DNA of 64,000 nucleotides from an uncultured bacterium (GTDB lineage: Bacteria; Babelota; Babeliae; Babelales; Vermiphilaceae), in NCBI GenBank assembly GCA_963707655.1, contig OY970172.1, positions 224,001 to 288,000 of the forward strand. Direction: 5' to 3'. The notes below the pieces were generated by a model, which was not told the origin of the DNA, did not search any database, and worked only from the letters and a program-made list of their open reading frames with translations. Made by a program: the position numbers and the translations under genes. Positions 18,029-26,758 of the stretch are shown in pieces; the first letter of the stretch is position 1, and the number at the start of each line of letters is the position of its first letter.

Positions 18029-19363
18029 ATGTATATGATGCATGGTGCAAGCCTGTTCGGCGAAAACCTTATGACGCAAGAGCTCTGGCAGAGACGCTCA
18101 GTAAAAAATCGAAGGTCTCCTTTCTTTAAAAAAAGTTTTTTGTGTGTTGTTCTATCTCTGATGTCCCCAGTATTAGGTTCATCATGTCCTGACACTACGC
18201 CATGGAGTGCGCCGGTTAATGTAAGTAATTCTGGTAATGTCACCAGCAGTATATTCTCTGCGGCAACATCTGCCGGTTTCATGGCCGTGTGGGCAGACTC
18301 TTCAAATAACGCTAATTATAGTTTTTCAAGCGATGGTGCTAGTTGGCAAAGCGGTTTAGTCACTCCTGCCGTAGGGGACGTTGCTCCTTCTTCAGATGTT
18401 TTTGTTGCCGGTAATGCCAGTGGCTTTCTGGTAGCATGGATGGATAGTTCAAATAATGGCTGGTCAAGCTTTTCCGCTAATAATGGCAGTAGCTGGAGTC
18501 CCGCGATTCAAATAAATGGTTCGTTAGCACTGGATCCCAACGCTGATATTTACGTCAGCGCGGGAACGGGCGGTTTTGTCGCCACCATGATAGCAGGGGG
18601 TGGATTCGGCAGCGATAACGCGTATGTAAGTTTTTCGACCGGCACTTCAGGGTGGAGTATTCCTACGCAAGTTACTACCGATGGGTCGGTATCTAACTAT
18701 GCAAATCCGAGCACATCATCAGGAAGAGGATTTGTGTGCGCCGATGTTGTGGGTAATACCTGTATGTTGACGTGGCTCACGGTTAGCTACTCAACAGCTT
18801 CAGCTTTCTTTACCTCAATTAATCCTTTTTCATCAACTACCGTTTATCCTATAGTGAGCGTAGGTTATTATGAAAGCGCTGCTATTGTGGCATCACTCAA
18901 TGGCTATTATATGGAAACTGCACGAGCGAATATAAGTGGTACTAATGGGGTAAATAATTATTCTGTGTGTACGAGCCCGGCTAACTGGGCGGCATTTTCA
19001 GTCACTTTATCAACAGCACCACGCAATCCTGGTGTTGGCCCTTGGGTTGCTGCTAATCCTACTGGCTTTATGTCGAGCTGGGCTGAGACGGCTGATCAGG
19101 CGAGTTATCCGGGCACGCCTATGTGGATCTTCTCCAGTAACAATGGCTTCAACTGGACACCGGTATGTTCTATTTTGCAGTCACCATCATCTACCACCAT
19201 ACTTGGTCCTGTTGGCTTGAGCGGCAATTATAAAGGCTTTGTATCTACGTGGGTAGATAGCGCTGATTCAAATGCGTATGCATCATTTTATTCTGCTCCC
19301 TCATCAACCGGGTATGATGTATTTGTAGAATTACTGCAACAAAAATATGGCCCGCTCTTATAA
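18029..19363 (+). CDS. secreted Ser/Gly-rich Asp-box (BNR) repeat protein, probable beta-propeller
   Basis: Repeats SSDGASW, SANNGSSW, STGTSGW and SSNNGFNW, with recurring GF-x-x-x-W-x-D. Start uncertain. Confidence 0.7.
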   Translation: MYMMHGASLFGENLMTQELWQRRSVKNRRSPFFKKSFLCVVLSLMSPVLGSSCPDTTPWSAPVNVSNSGNVTSSIFSAATSAGFMAVWADSSNNANYSFSSDGASWQSGLVTPAVGDVAPSSDVFVAGNASGFLVAWMDSSNNGWSSFSANNGSSWSPAIQINGSLALDPNADIYVSAGTGGFVATMIAGGGFGSDNAYVSFSTGTSGWSIPTQVTTDGSVSNYANPSTSSGRGFVCADVVGNTCMLTWLTVSYSTASAFFTSINPFSSTTVYPIVSVGYYESAAIVASLNGYYMETARANISGTNGVNNYSVCTSPANWAAFSVTLSTAPRNPGVGPWVAANPTGFMSSWAETADQASYPGTPMWIFSSNNGFNWTPVCSILQSPSSTTILGPVGLSGNYKGFVSTWVDSADSNAYASFYSAPSSTGYDVFVELLQQKYGPLL

Positions 19364-19376
19364 AAGGAAATTTATA

Positions 19377-20798
19377 ATGAAGACACTTTTTACACAAAAA
19401 ACTTTATTCACCTTTCTGGCACTCGCGAGCATAGGAACCCAAATGCTCCGCGCAGATTGCTACGCACATTCTATTTTTGTACCACGTCAACTCGCTTATA
19501 ATCCTATGTATGAAGATGCGCTTGTTTTTGAAGAATATGCGCATATGGATGATAAATTTTTGCTCTCAGTTAAACCCATTTATACGCAAACCGTTGGTAA
19601 ATCGATAAAAAAATATTTTAATATCGATCACTTGTGCTCCATGAATGTGCAAGAAAATGGCTCGGGAAATATTGACTCGCTTTGGTTCCAAGTTATTTCT
19701 GCTCCGGGCGCCTTCTATTCTTCAACATTGTCATTTAATCCGGTGCAAAAAACAGCGGGTGCTTTAGTTTATTTTGCCTGGATGTTTTCTGAAGATTGTG
19801 CATTAACCGTAAACACGGCGTTTATCAACCGAAAAACAAATATGCATATCTGCGAGACAAACATTGCTAATCTTGGGCAAGCGCCCGGATTTGCCACGAT
19901 CAGCCAATCGTTCATGAATCCAGCTATGCTGTATGGCAAAATTTGTGGCGAGCGATCAAAAGGGGGTGTTGATGATCTGCAAATCAAATTGCTCAAGAAT
20001 TTTTATTTGTGTGAGGATGAATCACTATTCGCAGATATCTATGCATTAGTGGGAGTGCCAACAGGACACGGCTCACGAGCAGTGTATCTCTTTGAACCGC
20101 TGGTGGGATCAAATCATGCGCAATTTGGCCTTGGTCTTAACGCTGAAAAATCATTTGACTGCCTGTGTGATGGGTTTTCGTTATACGGTGAGCTTAAATG
20201 GCGTTATGCTTTTAAAGCAACAGAAACCAGATCATTTGATATGGCGCCAAATGGCCAATGGTCGCGCTATATGCTGTTCACCACACCAACGGCAGATGCA
20301 ACACCATTTCCGGCGATTAACGATCTTACGTTTAAAGCACAGGTTACCCCGCGCAACTCATTCGATCTGCTGGTAGCGGCACACGCCGAACTGTGCAGAT
20401 TCAGTTTTGAACTCGGTTACAATTTCTGGTATCGCCAATCAGAAAAAGTGTGCCCCTACATCTGCTTGCCTCCCGTTGGTATTGCCGATCTGGTAGGTAT
20501 AGCGCAATTGCCGGCACCGGTGACTATCACTACCTCAAGCAAGGCAACTATTTCTGAAGGAGTGTATCCAAATCAATATCAAATGCCGCGTGATGCAGCA
20601 TACACCGTGGTAACTGCAGCAAATATTAATCCCTGCAGTGGCGCACAAGCAGCTTCAATGGCAAACGGCGTATTTGGTTCAATCGGTTGTCAATGTAATT
20701 GCTGGGATTTCGGCCTCAATGCATCATACGAAGGGGCCGCAAATAGCAATACCGCAAGTGTTGCTTCAGTATGGGTGAACATCGATTTTCTGTTTTAA
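19377..20798 (+). CDS. secreted protein, possible outer-membrane beta-barrel
   Basis: Signal peptide, alternating beta-strand patterns (FELGYNFWYR) and terminal Phe (NIDFLF). Confidence 0.6.
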   Translation: MKTLFTQKTLFTFLALASIGTQMLRADCYAHSIFVPRQLAYNPMYEDALVFEEYAHMDDKFLLSVKPIYTQTVGKSIKKYFNIDHLCSMNVQENGSGNIDSLWFQVISAPGAFYSSTLSFNPVQKTAGALVYFAWMFSEDCALTVNTAFINRKTNMHICETNIANLGQAPGFATISQSFMNPAMLYGKICGERSKGGVDDLQIKLLKNFYLCEDESLFADIYALVGVPTGHGSRAVYLFEPLVGSNHAQFGLGLNAEKSFDCLCDGFSLYGELKWRYAFKATETRSFDMAPNGQWSRYMLFTTPTADATPFPAINDLTFKAQVTPRNSFDLLVAAHAELCRFSFELGYNFWYRQSEKVCPYICLPPVGIADLVGIAQLPAPVTITTSSKATISEGVYPNQYQMPRDAAYTVVTAANINPCSGAQAASMANGVFGSIGCQCNCWDFGLNASYEGAANSNTASVASVWVNIDFLF

Positions 20799-20813
20799 GT
20801 GATAGGTACAACT

Positions 20814-20846
20814 AAAAAAAGACCGCTTTTAAAGGCGGTCTTTTTT
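20814..20846. terminator. bidirectional intrinsic terminator
   Basis: AAAAAAAGACCGC-TTTTAAAG-GCGGTCTTTTTT. Confidence 0.75.
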
Positions 20847-20899
20847 ATTGAGTAATCTAATTAAGAAACTGGTTCTAATTGGCTCCTTCCAGAGTTGCT

Positions 20900-20948
20900 A
20901 AGAACTGGTCTGCCAGACGAAGCCCTGCGTAGCAGGAGCGAAGACTGG
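20900..20948 (-). repeat. tRNA-downstream palindromic element displaced from tRNA-Asp
   Basis: Minus strand reads CCAGTCTTCGC...GCTTCGTCTGGCAGACCAGTTCTT. The sequence after tRNA-Phe has the same architecture: CCAGCCTACGC..GCTACGGCTGGCGCGGCCAGTTCTT. Confidence 0.7.
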
Positions 20949-21023
20949 CGGTACCTCATTGACGCGTTCGGTACGCATGATGTTGAATTTAGCTTTAGCT
21001 TACAAAGCATCCAAACGGTATTT

Positions 21024-21896
21024 TCATTGCTTGGAGTTGGCAATCCCACATAGTATTCCTAAACAAAAGGGATAAAAAACTTGAAAAAGTGTAACGGGAC
21101 CGCGACACTTAAAGAATTGGGCTTTTTCTTTTGGTCCGTATTCAGTAGCTACGCCATAAAGAATAATGTTTTGAATTTGTTTATCTTTAAAGATCACTTT
21201 CCATAGGGCGCCACCGCTTAAACCACAAAAAGATTTAGGAACTTTATTTTTTGTTTGAATCGGGCAAGTAATATAATCTAAGGTAACCATAAGATTAATA
21301 GGAGCTTCATAGGAACAGGTCCCATATTCAATAGTACTGGGTATCACTATATTGGATCCACCTTTATAAACTACAATTATATTATAAGGTGGTGTTGAAA
21401 CTCCATATTGTCTTTTTTTACCTTCAGCTACAACACCATTAATAACCCAAATGCCTGCTTTACTATCATCTACAGTGAAAGGTTTATGTTCTTGGGCGGA
21501 TTGGTCCATGTCCCAAAACCTTTTGCCCAAACTTTCAATGACTTCATAGGCGCTTGGACGCAGAGCAAAAAAAGCTAAATCAACTCCAACACCCGGAGCA
21601 AGTGCAGGTATTCTAATGATGTTCTCAAATTGTAAAATTTTTGAATCTGGAGCCGAATATAATATATGCACATAAGAAAGGTTTTTATCTATGAAAATTT
21701 TTGCTACGTGATCATTAGTTAACAATCCTTTTACTCCACCAATTATAACAAATGTTCCACTACCAAGCTCTGTATCTTTTATTATGCTGGAGGGACTAAA
21801 TAATGCAGTACTATATATGCCAGTAGCTTGAGCTACACTGTTTTTATAATAATCTTGTTCTTCAAGTGTCATTGTTGATTCGTTTTTTTCATTCAT
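21024..21896 (-). CDS. trypsin-like serine peptidase domain protein (no signal peptide)
   Basis: GSGTFV, LLTNDHVA (His), VDLAFF (Asp) and GLSGGALW (Ser). Confidence 0.7.
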   Translation of the reverse strand: MNEKNESTMTLEEQDYYKNSVAQATGIYSTALFSPSSIIKDTELGSGTFVIIGGVKGLLTNDHVAKIFIDKNLSYVHILYSAPDSKILQFENIIRIPALAPGVGVDLAFFALRPSAYEVIESLGKRFWDMDQSAQEHKPFTVDDSKAGIWVINGVVAEGKKRQYGVSTPPYNIIVVYKGGSNIVIPSTIEYGTCSYEAPINLMVTLDYITCPIQTKNKVPKSFCGLSGGALWKVIFKDKQIQNIILYGVATEYGPKEKAQFFKCRGPVTLFQVFYPFCLGILCGIANSKQ

Positions 21897-22031
21897 GAGT
21901 TTTGCCTTTTGTTACTTATTCATTAAAGATTTAAAATTGTATAAAGGTTAAGGAGTTACCCAAACAATTGCAATTAAGCTATGGAATTTTTGTTACACCT
22001 CTAAAAGAACCACATATACTTTCTCAAAGAG

Positions 22032-22099
22032 CAATTTTATAACACGAACCATTCAAACGATATTCTATTGGGCCATGATTGCGAACCAATAGAACGTAA
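22032..22099 (-). repeat. ~60-bp element-internal motif, copy A (inverted)
   Basis: Reverse complement TTACGTTCTATTGGTTCGCAATCATGGCCCAATAGAATATCGTTTGAATGGTTCGTGTTATAAAATTG aligns to copies B and C. Confidence 0.85.
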
Positions 22100-22123
22100 T
22101 TCAAAAGAAAAGGTGATTTGTTC

Positions 22124-22151
22124 TTGCAATTCATTACAAATCACCTATAAT
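22124..22151 (+). promoter_or_regulatory. sigma70-type promoter of the rep module
   Basis: TTGCAA-16 nt-TATAAT, conserved with 1448-1475. Confidence 0.65.
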
Positions 22152-22194
22152 CTCCAGCAATGTAATGAATGTATCTGCACCCAAGGAGAGCACA

Positions 22195-22293
22195 ATGAAA
22201 TTCATCTTACCTATCAGGGCACATAGCCTGATTACATCCATCCATGAGCAGTGGCTCACGCGTTGCGATGCATCGGACATACTCGTGCAATAG
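22195..22293 (+). CDS. 32-aa leader peptide (small ORF)
   Basis: AAGGAG RBS, then MKFILPIRAHSLITSIHEQWLTRCDASDILVQ*. Homologous to 1520-1618. Confidence 0.45.
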   Translation: MKFILPIRAHSLITSIHEQWLTRCDASDILVQ

Positions 22294-22383
22294 CACCCAC
22301 ACCCAAAACAATCCCTATTAATTTTTAAATATACGCTGATAAGAGATCGGCATGGATGATACCTGAATCCTTGAAAGTTTTTT

Positions 22384-22752
22384 ATGATGGTAAGAAGAAA
22401 AGTACCTGTTAAAGTTGTTCTCAATGCTGAAGAACTCAATAAAATGGCTATGTTCTTTGCAGTTCTTGTTGCGGTTGACAGACGAGTCAATGGTAATAAA
22501 AACAAAGCTAAAAAAGCAAAAATGAAGCCAAAAGACCAAACTAAAATAACCTCCATTTGGAATGAGGCCTGCCTAAAAAGCAGGTCTTTTTATTTCCTTA
22601 CAACTACTGTATCTTTAAGGGCAGCCCATGAAAGTAGCGCCCGTAAAAGGTACATCAATGATAGACACAGTTGTTTTAACACTCGGCTCGGATATATTCA
22701 GCATCACCGATCTGGATGCCTTTACTCCATCAGCTCATTGGGCATTGCCTAA
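22384..22752 (+). CDS. small basic protein overlapping the rep start
   Basis: Homologous to 1709-2032. Confidence 0.5.
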   Translation: MMVRRKVPVKVVLNAEELNKMAMFFAVLVAVDRRVNGNKNKAKKAKMKPKDQTKITSIWNEACLKSRSFYFLTTTVSLRAAHESSARKRYINDRHSCFNTRLGYIQHHRSGCLYSISSLGIA

Positions 22753-23782
22753 TGCAGCCCGTGTTCAGCCGGGCACCCAATCAAAACAAAACCCAACCAA
22801 AAAAGAGTTATTGGCCGGCATTTACAAGCCTCGGCTCACACTCGCGCGCCGCATCAATTTGCATGGCCGCAGTGAGATTATGCTTAAAATTGAGTTATCT
22901 CTTCCCAAGCTATTTTTCGGCAACAATTTTGATGAACTGCGCCTGAAAGATTTTAAACCGCTCATGCAAAAATTAGTTACGGCGCTAGAGAGCATGGGTG
23001 TTCGTGTTACTGCTGCCGATCTTGCACAGGCAGACGTACTGGCCGTCCATTATTCTAAAAATATTCTTCTTAAGGACGGTTCAACTCCATACCACTACAT
23101 TAATAAAATAAGAGAAGCCAATATCAAGCTATCGCTTGATACGAACCAAACGGATTACCGCAATGAAGGCCATAGCTACAAATGGCACTGCAATTCATAT
23201 GAAGTGGTATTTTATGACAAAATTCGCGATCTTGAAAAAGCAAAGAAGAGCGAAAAGCGCGCGCTGGAAAAAGATAGCGCATTGCAGCTGAATCTATTTG
23301 ATATGTTGCAAAAAAGGAAAAAGCTGGAAATATTGCGCATGGAAGTGCGCCTGAATAAGCGGCAAAAAATAAAACAACTTTTGCAAGCACTCAAGATTAA
23401 GCCCATCCTCACCTTGCAGGGCTTATTTAAAGGTGCTATATCAAAAAAGGTATTATTGCATTACTTGGATGAATTGGAGCGTAAGAGAAGCCCATTGCTT
23501 GATTACAGGGCTACGGATAAGGGATTGCTAACCGCTTTGATATTTAATAACCCTGATCTTGGTCCCAAACAGATTTTACAATTGTATGGATTAAAGAAGG
23601 CGCTTGAAGTGGTGGATGCTCGCGAGCTGAGAGTGATGTTTGCCAAATACAATGCACGCAGTTGGTATCGGCTCATGGCTGATGCAAATAAGGTTAAACT
23701 GCCAATGAAAAATAGCTCATTCAGCGAAATACGAAAACATTTAATTAAATTTAAGCCATTGAGGTACAATTCATGGCTTTAA
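22658..23782 (+). CDS. phage/plasmid replication initiation protein, gene II/X-like (rolling-circle type)
   Basis: MIDTV start, ELSLPKLFFGNN, VVFYDK..DL and ILRMEVRL match the motif order I recognise for the gene II/X family. Confidence 0.65.
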   Translation: MIDTVVLTLGSDIFSITDLDAFTPSAHWALPNAARVQPGTQSKQNPTKKELLAGIYKPRLTLARRINLHGRSEIMLKIELSLPKLFFGNNFDELRLKDFKPLMQKLVTALESMGVRVTAADLAQADVLAVHYSKNILLKDGSTPYHYINKIREANIKLSLDTNQTDYRNEGHSYKWHCNSYEVVFYDKIRDLEKAKKSEKRALEKDSALQLNLFDMLQKRKKLEILRMEVRLNKRQKIKQLLQALKIKPILTLQGLFKGAISKKVLLHYLDELERKRSPLLDYRATDKGLLTALIFNNPDLGPKQILQLYGLKKALEVVDARELRVMFAKYNARSWYRLMADANKVKLPMKNSSFSEIRKHLIKFKPLRYNSWL

Positions 23783-24468
23783 AATCACCTGCACAAAAAA
23801 TTATGTCCTCTCTTGCTATGTTCAAATTTTCAAGAACAGAATTGCGTTTTATGCGAGATGAAGCGGTGAATTGGGAAGAATTGAGTAAACAAATAATGGA
23901 AGGGACAAATTGTATTCCGATTGGAAAGACAAAATCTGATTATGCAAAAGTAATTGAGGCGATTCGCTTGGCTGCTTGCGGCTATCATGTTGAGATTATG
24001 GGACAGGCTTTAGAAGAATATATTTCTGAAAAAAACTTGAGTAATATTGCTTCTTTATATGAGTTAGAAAAATATTTATTTCTTCTTAGATGTGCTTTAT
24101 TGCACACAGAGGGGGAGTTGCTGGCTAAATGGCAATTTAATAGAAACAATCCAACTAAAAAAGAGATAAATGCTATAAAGAAACTACAAGCAGGAGGTTT
24201 AAAAATTAAAATCCCTGTTATAAAAGTGGAAGGAAAAGACGATTGTTATGATGAAAAATCAGAAATCTATAAGAAATTAACATTTAAAGTATATCTTAAA
24301 AAAAATAACAATAATGGAACCACCCATCCAATAGTTAGATTAAATGAAGGATTGATATATAAACTGATGCTTTTAAGTGATCACGTTTGCACTATTACAA
24401 AAAAGAAAAATCCATCTACATTACTTAAATATTTGAACCGAACTACTGTGAAAGAAAGAACAATATAA
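23773..24468 (+). CDS. hypothetical protein overlapping the rep stop
   Basis: 231-aa AT-rich ORF with no motif recognised. Confidence 0.55.
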   Translation: MALKSPAQKIMSSLAMFKFSRTELRFMRDEAVNWEELSKQIMEGTNCIPIGKTKSDYAKVIEAIRLAACGYHVEIMGQALEEYISEKNLSNIASLYELEKYLFLLRCALLHTEGELLAKWQFNRNNPTKKEINAIKKLQAGGLKIKIPVIKVEGKDDCYDEKSEIYKKLTFKVYLKKNNNNGTTHPIVRLNEGLIYKLMLLSDHVCTITKKKNPSTLLKYLNRTTVKERTI

Positions 24469-24486
24469 GAATAAGAAATAAAAGCG

Positions 24487-24553
24487 TTACGTGCTATTGG
24501 TTCGCAATCATGGCAAAACAGGATTCCGTTGATTGGTTCGTGTTATAAAATTG
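24487..24553 (+). repeat. ~60-bp element-internal motif, copy B
   Basis: TTACGTGCTATTGGTTCGCAATCATGGCAAAACAGGATTCCGTTGATTGGTTCGTGTTATAAAATTG. Confidence 0.85.
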
Positions 24554-26069
24554 GATTGATCTTGTGTGATAAGTGTTGCAAGATTTTATACATCGCATAA
24601 GTATCTAGCTGGCAATACTGCCTTAAATTGTTGGCGATTTCATTTTTTTCAGTTTCGGTGAGGGTTGCTCCCAGCATGGCAAACCATTTTTCGGAAGCGG
24701 CTCCGCCATCTTGAATCCCTAATGTAGCGTAAGACAGTTCGGGTACCAAAACAGGTAATATATTCTTGATAGATGTCTTTCCATTAAAGCCTGCGGCTAC
24801 ATAATGTTGTTTTTTAAAGATTTCTTCTAAATCAAAAAAACGATTATTTAAATTCTGTAAAAACGCTTCATATTCGGGATGACGTTCGCCTAATCCATTA
24901 TTTATCATTTGTTCAAAACTTTTATGCCAAACAATAATACTGCCAACATGACCTATCAGATCCATAAGCTTCTTAATTATAATCTCTGACGGATCAGAAT
25001 TAAATTCATGAAGATATTCATAATGTGCTGGCTCAGAATCAGTATCAGTTAACACATATAAAGAAAATTGAAATGGAAGTTGTTGATATGGTGTAAAGCC
25101 GTTAAAAAGCGGGATGGGGGAAGAATAGCTTTCATAATCTAGGAAGTATAATGGATACACCAGCTTATCCAATTCATGCTTGATTGCTATGGAATCAAAA
25201 ATTAGTTTTTTAAATTTGTAAGCATTCACCTGATTTTTTTGTATGTCAGTCAATTCAAAATTGTCAGGAATGTCATCAATATTCAAAATATTGGCATTAA
25301 TTAACGGGGTAAGTTTTTTTTGATTGATTCTGGCGATATCATGCACCGAGACAGCTGGTACATATGCATGTGAATAGCCAAATGACTTACAGTGTGTACT
25401 GCGTCCTTTATAAATACAATTACATGCTAAGGCTTCTTGTTCATTTTGTAACAAATCAATTTTCGCCTGCTGCATTCTGATTCTTGTTCTAGGTTCTCGT
25501 TCTTTCACCTTATCGGTTATATTACTGATAATAAAAAGCTCATTAATATCAATATCATGTATCCGAACATAATCTTTGTTAAGATGAATGATGAAGATAT
25601 CTTCTAGTTCAATTCCCTTCTCTTGCAATACTATTGCCTGGAAGGTAGCATCTTCAATGTGATCATTTTCATCACTAGTTTCTTCTAAAGAATTTTTCCC
25701 TTTTATTTCATAAAGTTTCCACTTGCCGCTTGTTGCATTGTATTCAAGCACGTCATTCCGTACTAAAAATTTGTCATGATAAAACGTTGCCTGAAACAAT
25801 ATGGGTGTCTTTTGTTCTATGTGTGATTGGGTAAGAAGAGCGGCATCATTACCATGCTTGTCGATCAGGATAGCTTGAGGGAACAATTGTTGCGCCCACG
25901 ATTCGGCCAAATTTCCTTTATCCAAAATGCCTTGTTCAAAGGCTGACAATGCAAAAAAATCCTGCAATACATCTTTTTTGTGTAGTCTGAGCCAGGCATT
26001 TTTTGGACATGCCAAATATTCTCGATATATAGTTTTATGAACAAATTTATTCATATCAATAACCGCCAT
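24543..26069 (-). CDS. DUF2779 domain-containing protein (predicted nuclease)
   Basis: CPKNAWL, YEIK, YPLYFLDYES...PYQQLPFQFS, SIKNILPVL and YCQLDTYAM. Confidence 0.75.
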   Translation of the reverse strand: MAVIDMNKFVHKTIYREYLACPKNAWLRLHKKDVLQDFFALSAFEQGILDKGNLAESWAQQLFPQAILIDKHGNDAALLTQSHIEQKTPILFQATFYHDKFLVRNDVLEYNATSGKWKLYEIKGKNSLEETSDENDHIEDATFQAIVLQEKGIELEDIFIIHLNKDYVRIHDIDINELFIISNITDKVKEREPRTRIRMQQAKIDLLQNEQEALACNCIYKGRSTHCKSFGYSHAYVPAVSVHDIARINQKKLTPLINANILNIDDIPDNFELTDIQKNQVNAYKFKKLIFDSIAIKHELDKLVYPLYFLDYESYSSPIPLFNGFTPYQQLPFQFSLYVLTDTDSEPAHYEYLHEFNSDPSEIIIKKLMDLIGHVGSIIVWHKSFEQMINNGLGERHPEYEAFLQNLNNRFFDLEEIFKKQHYVAAGFNGKTSIKNILPVLVPELSYATLGIQDGGAASEKWFAMLGATLTETEKNEIANNLRQYCQLDTYAMYKILQHLSHKINPIL

Positions 26070-26160
26070 GAAAGAAATGATAAATATCGCCTATTGAATA
26101 TATTATGCTACTTGCAAATAAAGTACAGCGATTATTACCATTTTTCATGTTTATTCCGAG

Positions 26161-26220
26161 TTTCGTCCATTGGTTCGTAATCATAGCCCAGCAGAATTCC
26201 GTTGATTGGTTCATGTCACT
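26161..26220 (+). repeat. ~60-bp element-internal motif, copy C
   Basis: TTTCGTCCATTGGTTCGTAATCATAGCCCAGCAGAATTCCGTTGATTGGTTCATGTCACT. Confidence 0.8.
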
Positions 26221-26308
26221 ATGATAATTGTTATCGAAATAGCACTCTTGTGATAGACTGCTACGTTAAAAATACTCTCTTTTAAACAAATAAATTGAGG
26301 TAAAAAAT

Positions 26309-26758
26309 ATGTGCATATTTAGCTGGATATTTAAAAAAACAAAAGATACACCCACTATAAGTGTAGAGCAATTTGTATCTGAATCATTAGTACAAATTTG
26401 CAATGGAATTCGAAGCGCACAAACAAAAATAACCAGAATTCCTTTTGGAACAGATGAAGATAAATATTTTGTTCCCTATATTATGCCCTATCCAGCGGGA
26501 GGTAGAAAAGATGAAATATCTCAAATTCACTTTGATATTGCCGTTACTGTCTCGCATGCTAGATCTACCTCACATGTTGAAACCACATCAATCAAGGGCG
26601 CAATAACCACGCCGAATATATTCGTTGTCGAAGGACGTGCTAACTTAGAAAAAGGAAAAACAACTGACCAATCTGCTTCTTCAATTAGTCGCATAACCTT
26701 TTCTATTCCTGTTATTTATCCTCGGATGCCATTGCCTCTCTCTGGGAGTGAAAAATGA
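26309..26758 (+). CDS. hypothetical protein, Trypco2-like
   Basis: FVSESLVQI..GI..AQ, IHFDIAVTV and SISRITFSIPV pattern. ATGA overlap with the recombinase. Confidence 0.5.
   Translation: MCIFSWIFKKTKDTPTISVEQFVSESLVQICNGIRSAQTKITRIPFGTDEDKYFVPYIMPYPAGGRKDEISQIHFDIAVTVSHARSTSHVETTSIKGAITTPNIFVVEGRANLEKGKTTDQSASSISRITFSIPVIYPRMPLPLSGSEK

Noticed and set aside
20861..21049. 62-aa minus-strand ORF
   Set aside because: It spans the att site and hairpin. The meaningful frame is the plus-strand recombinase tail.
22032..26220. Integron attC sites or a CRISPR array for the 60-bp motifs
   Set aside because: No RYYYAAC/GTTRRRY ends and no IntI. The copies are kilobases apart and one is inverted.
26147..26224. 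25-aa ORF MFIPSFVHWFVIIAQQNSVDWFMSL across motif C
   Set aside because: Copy A has an in-frame stop and an indel, and copy B has no start, so the motif is not conserved as coding.
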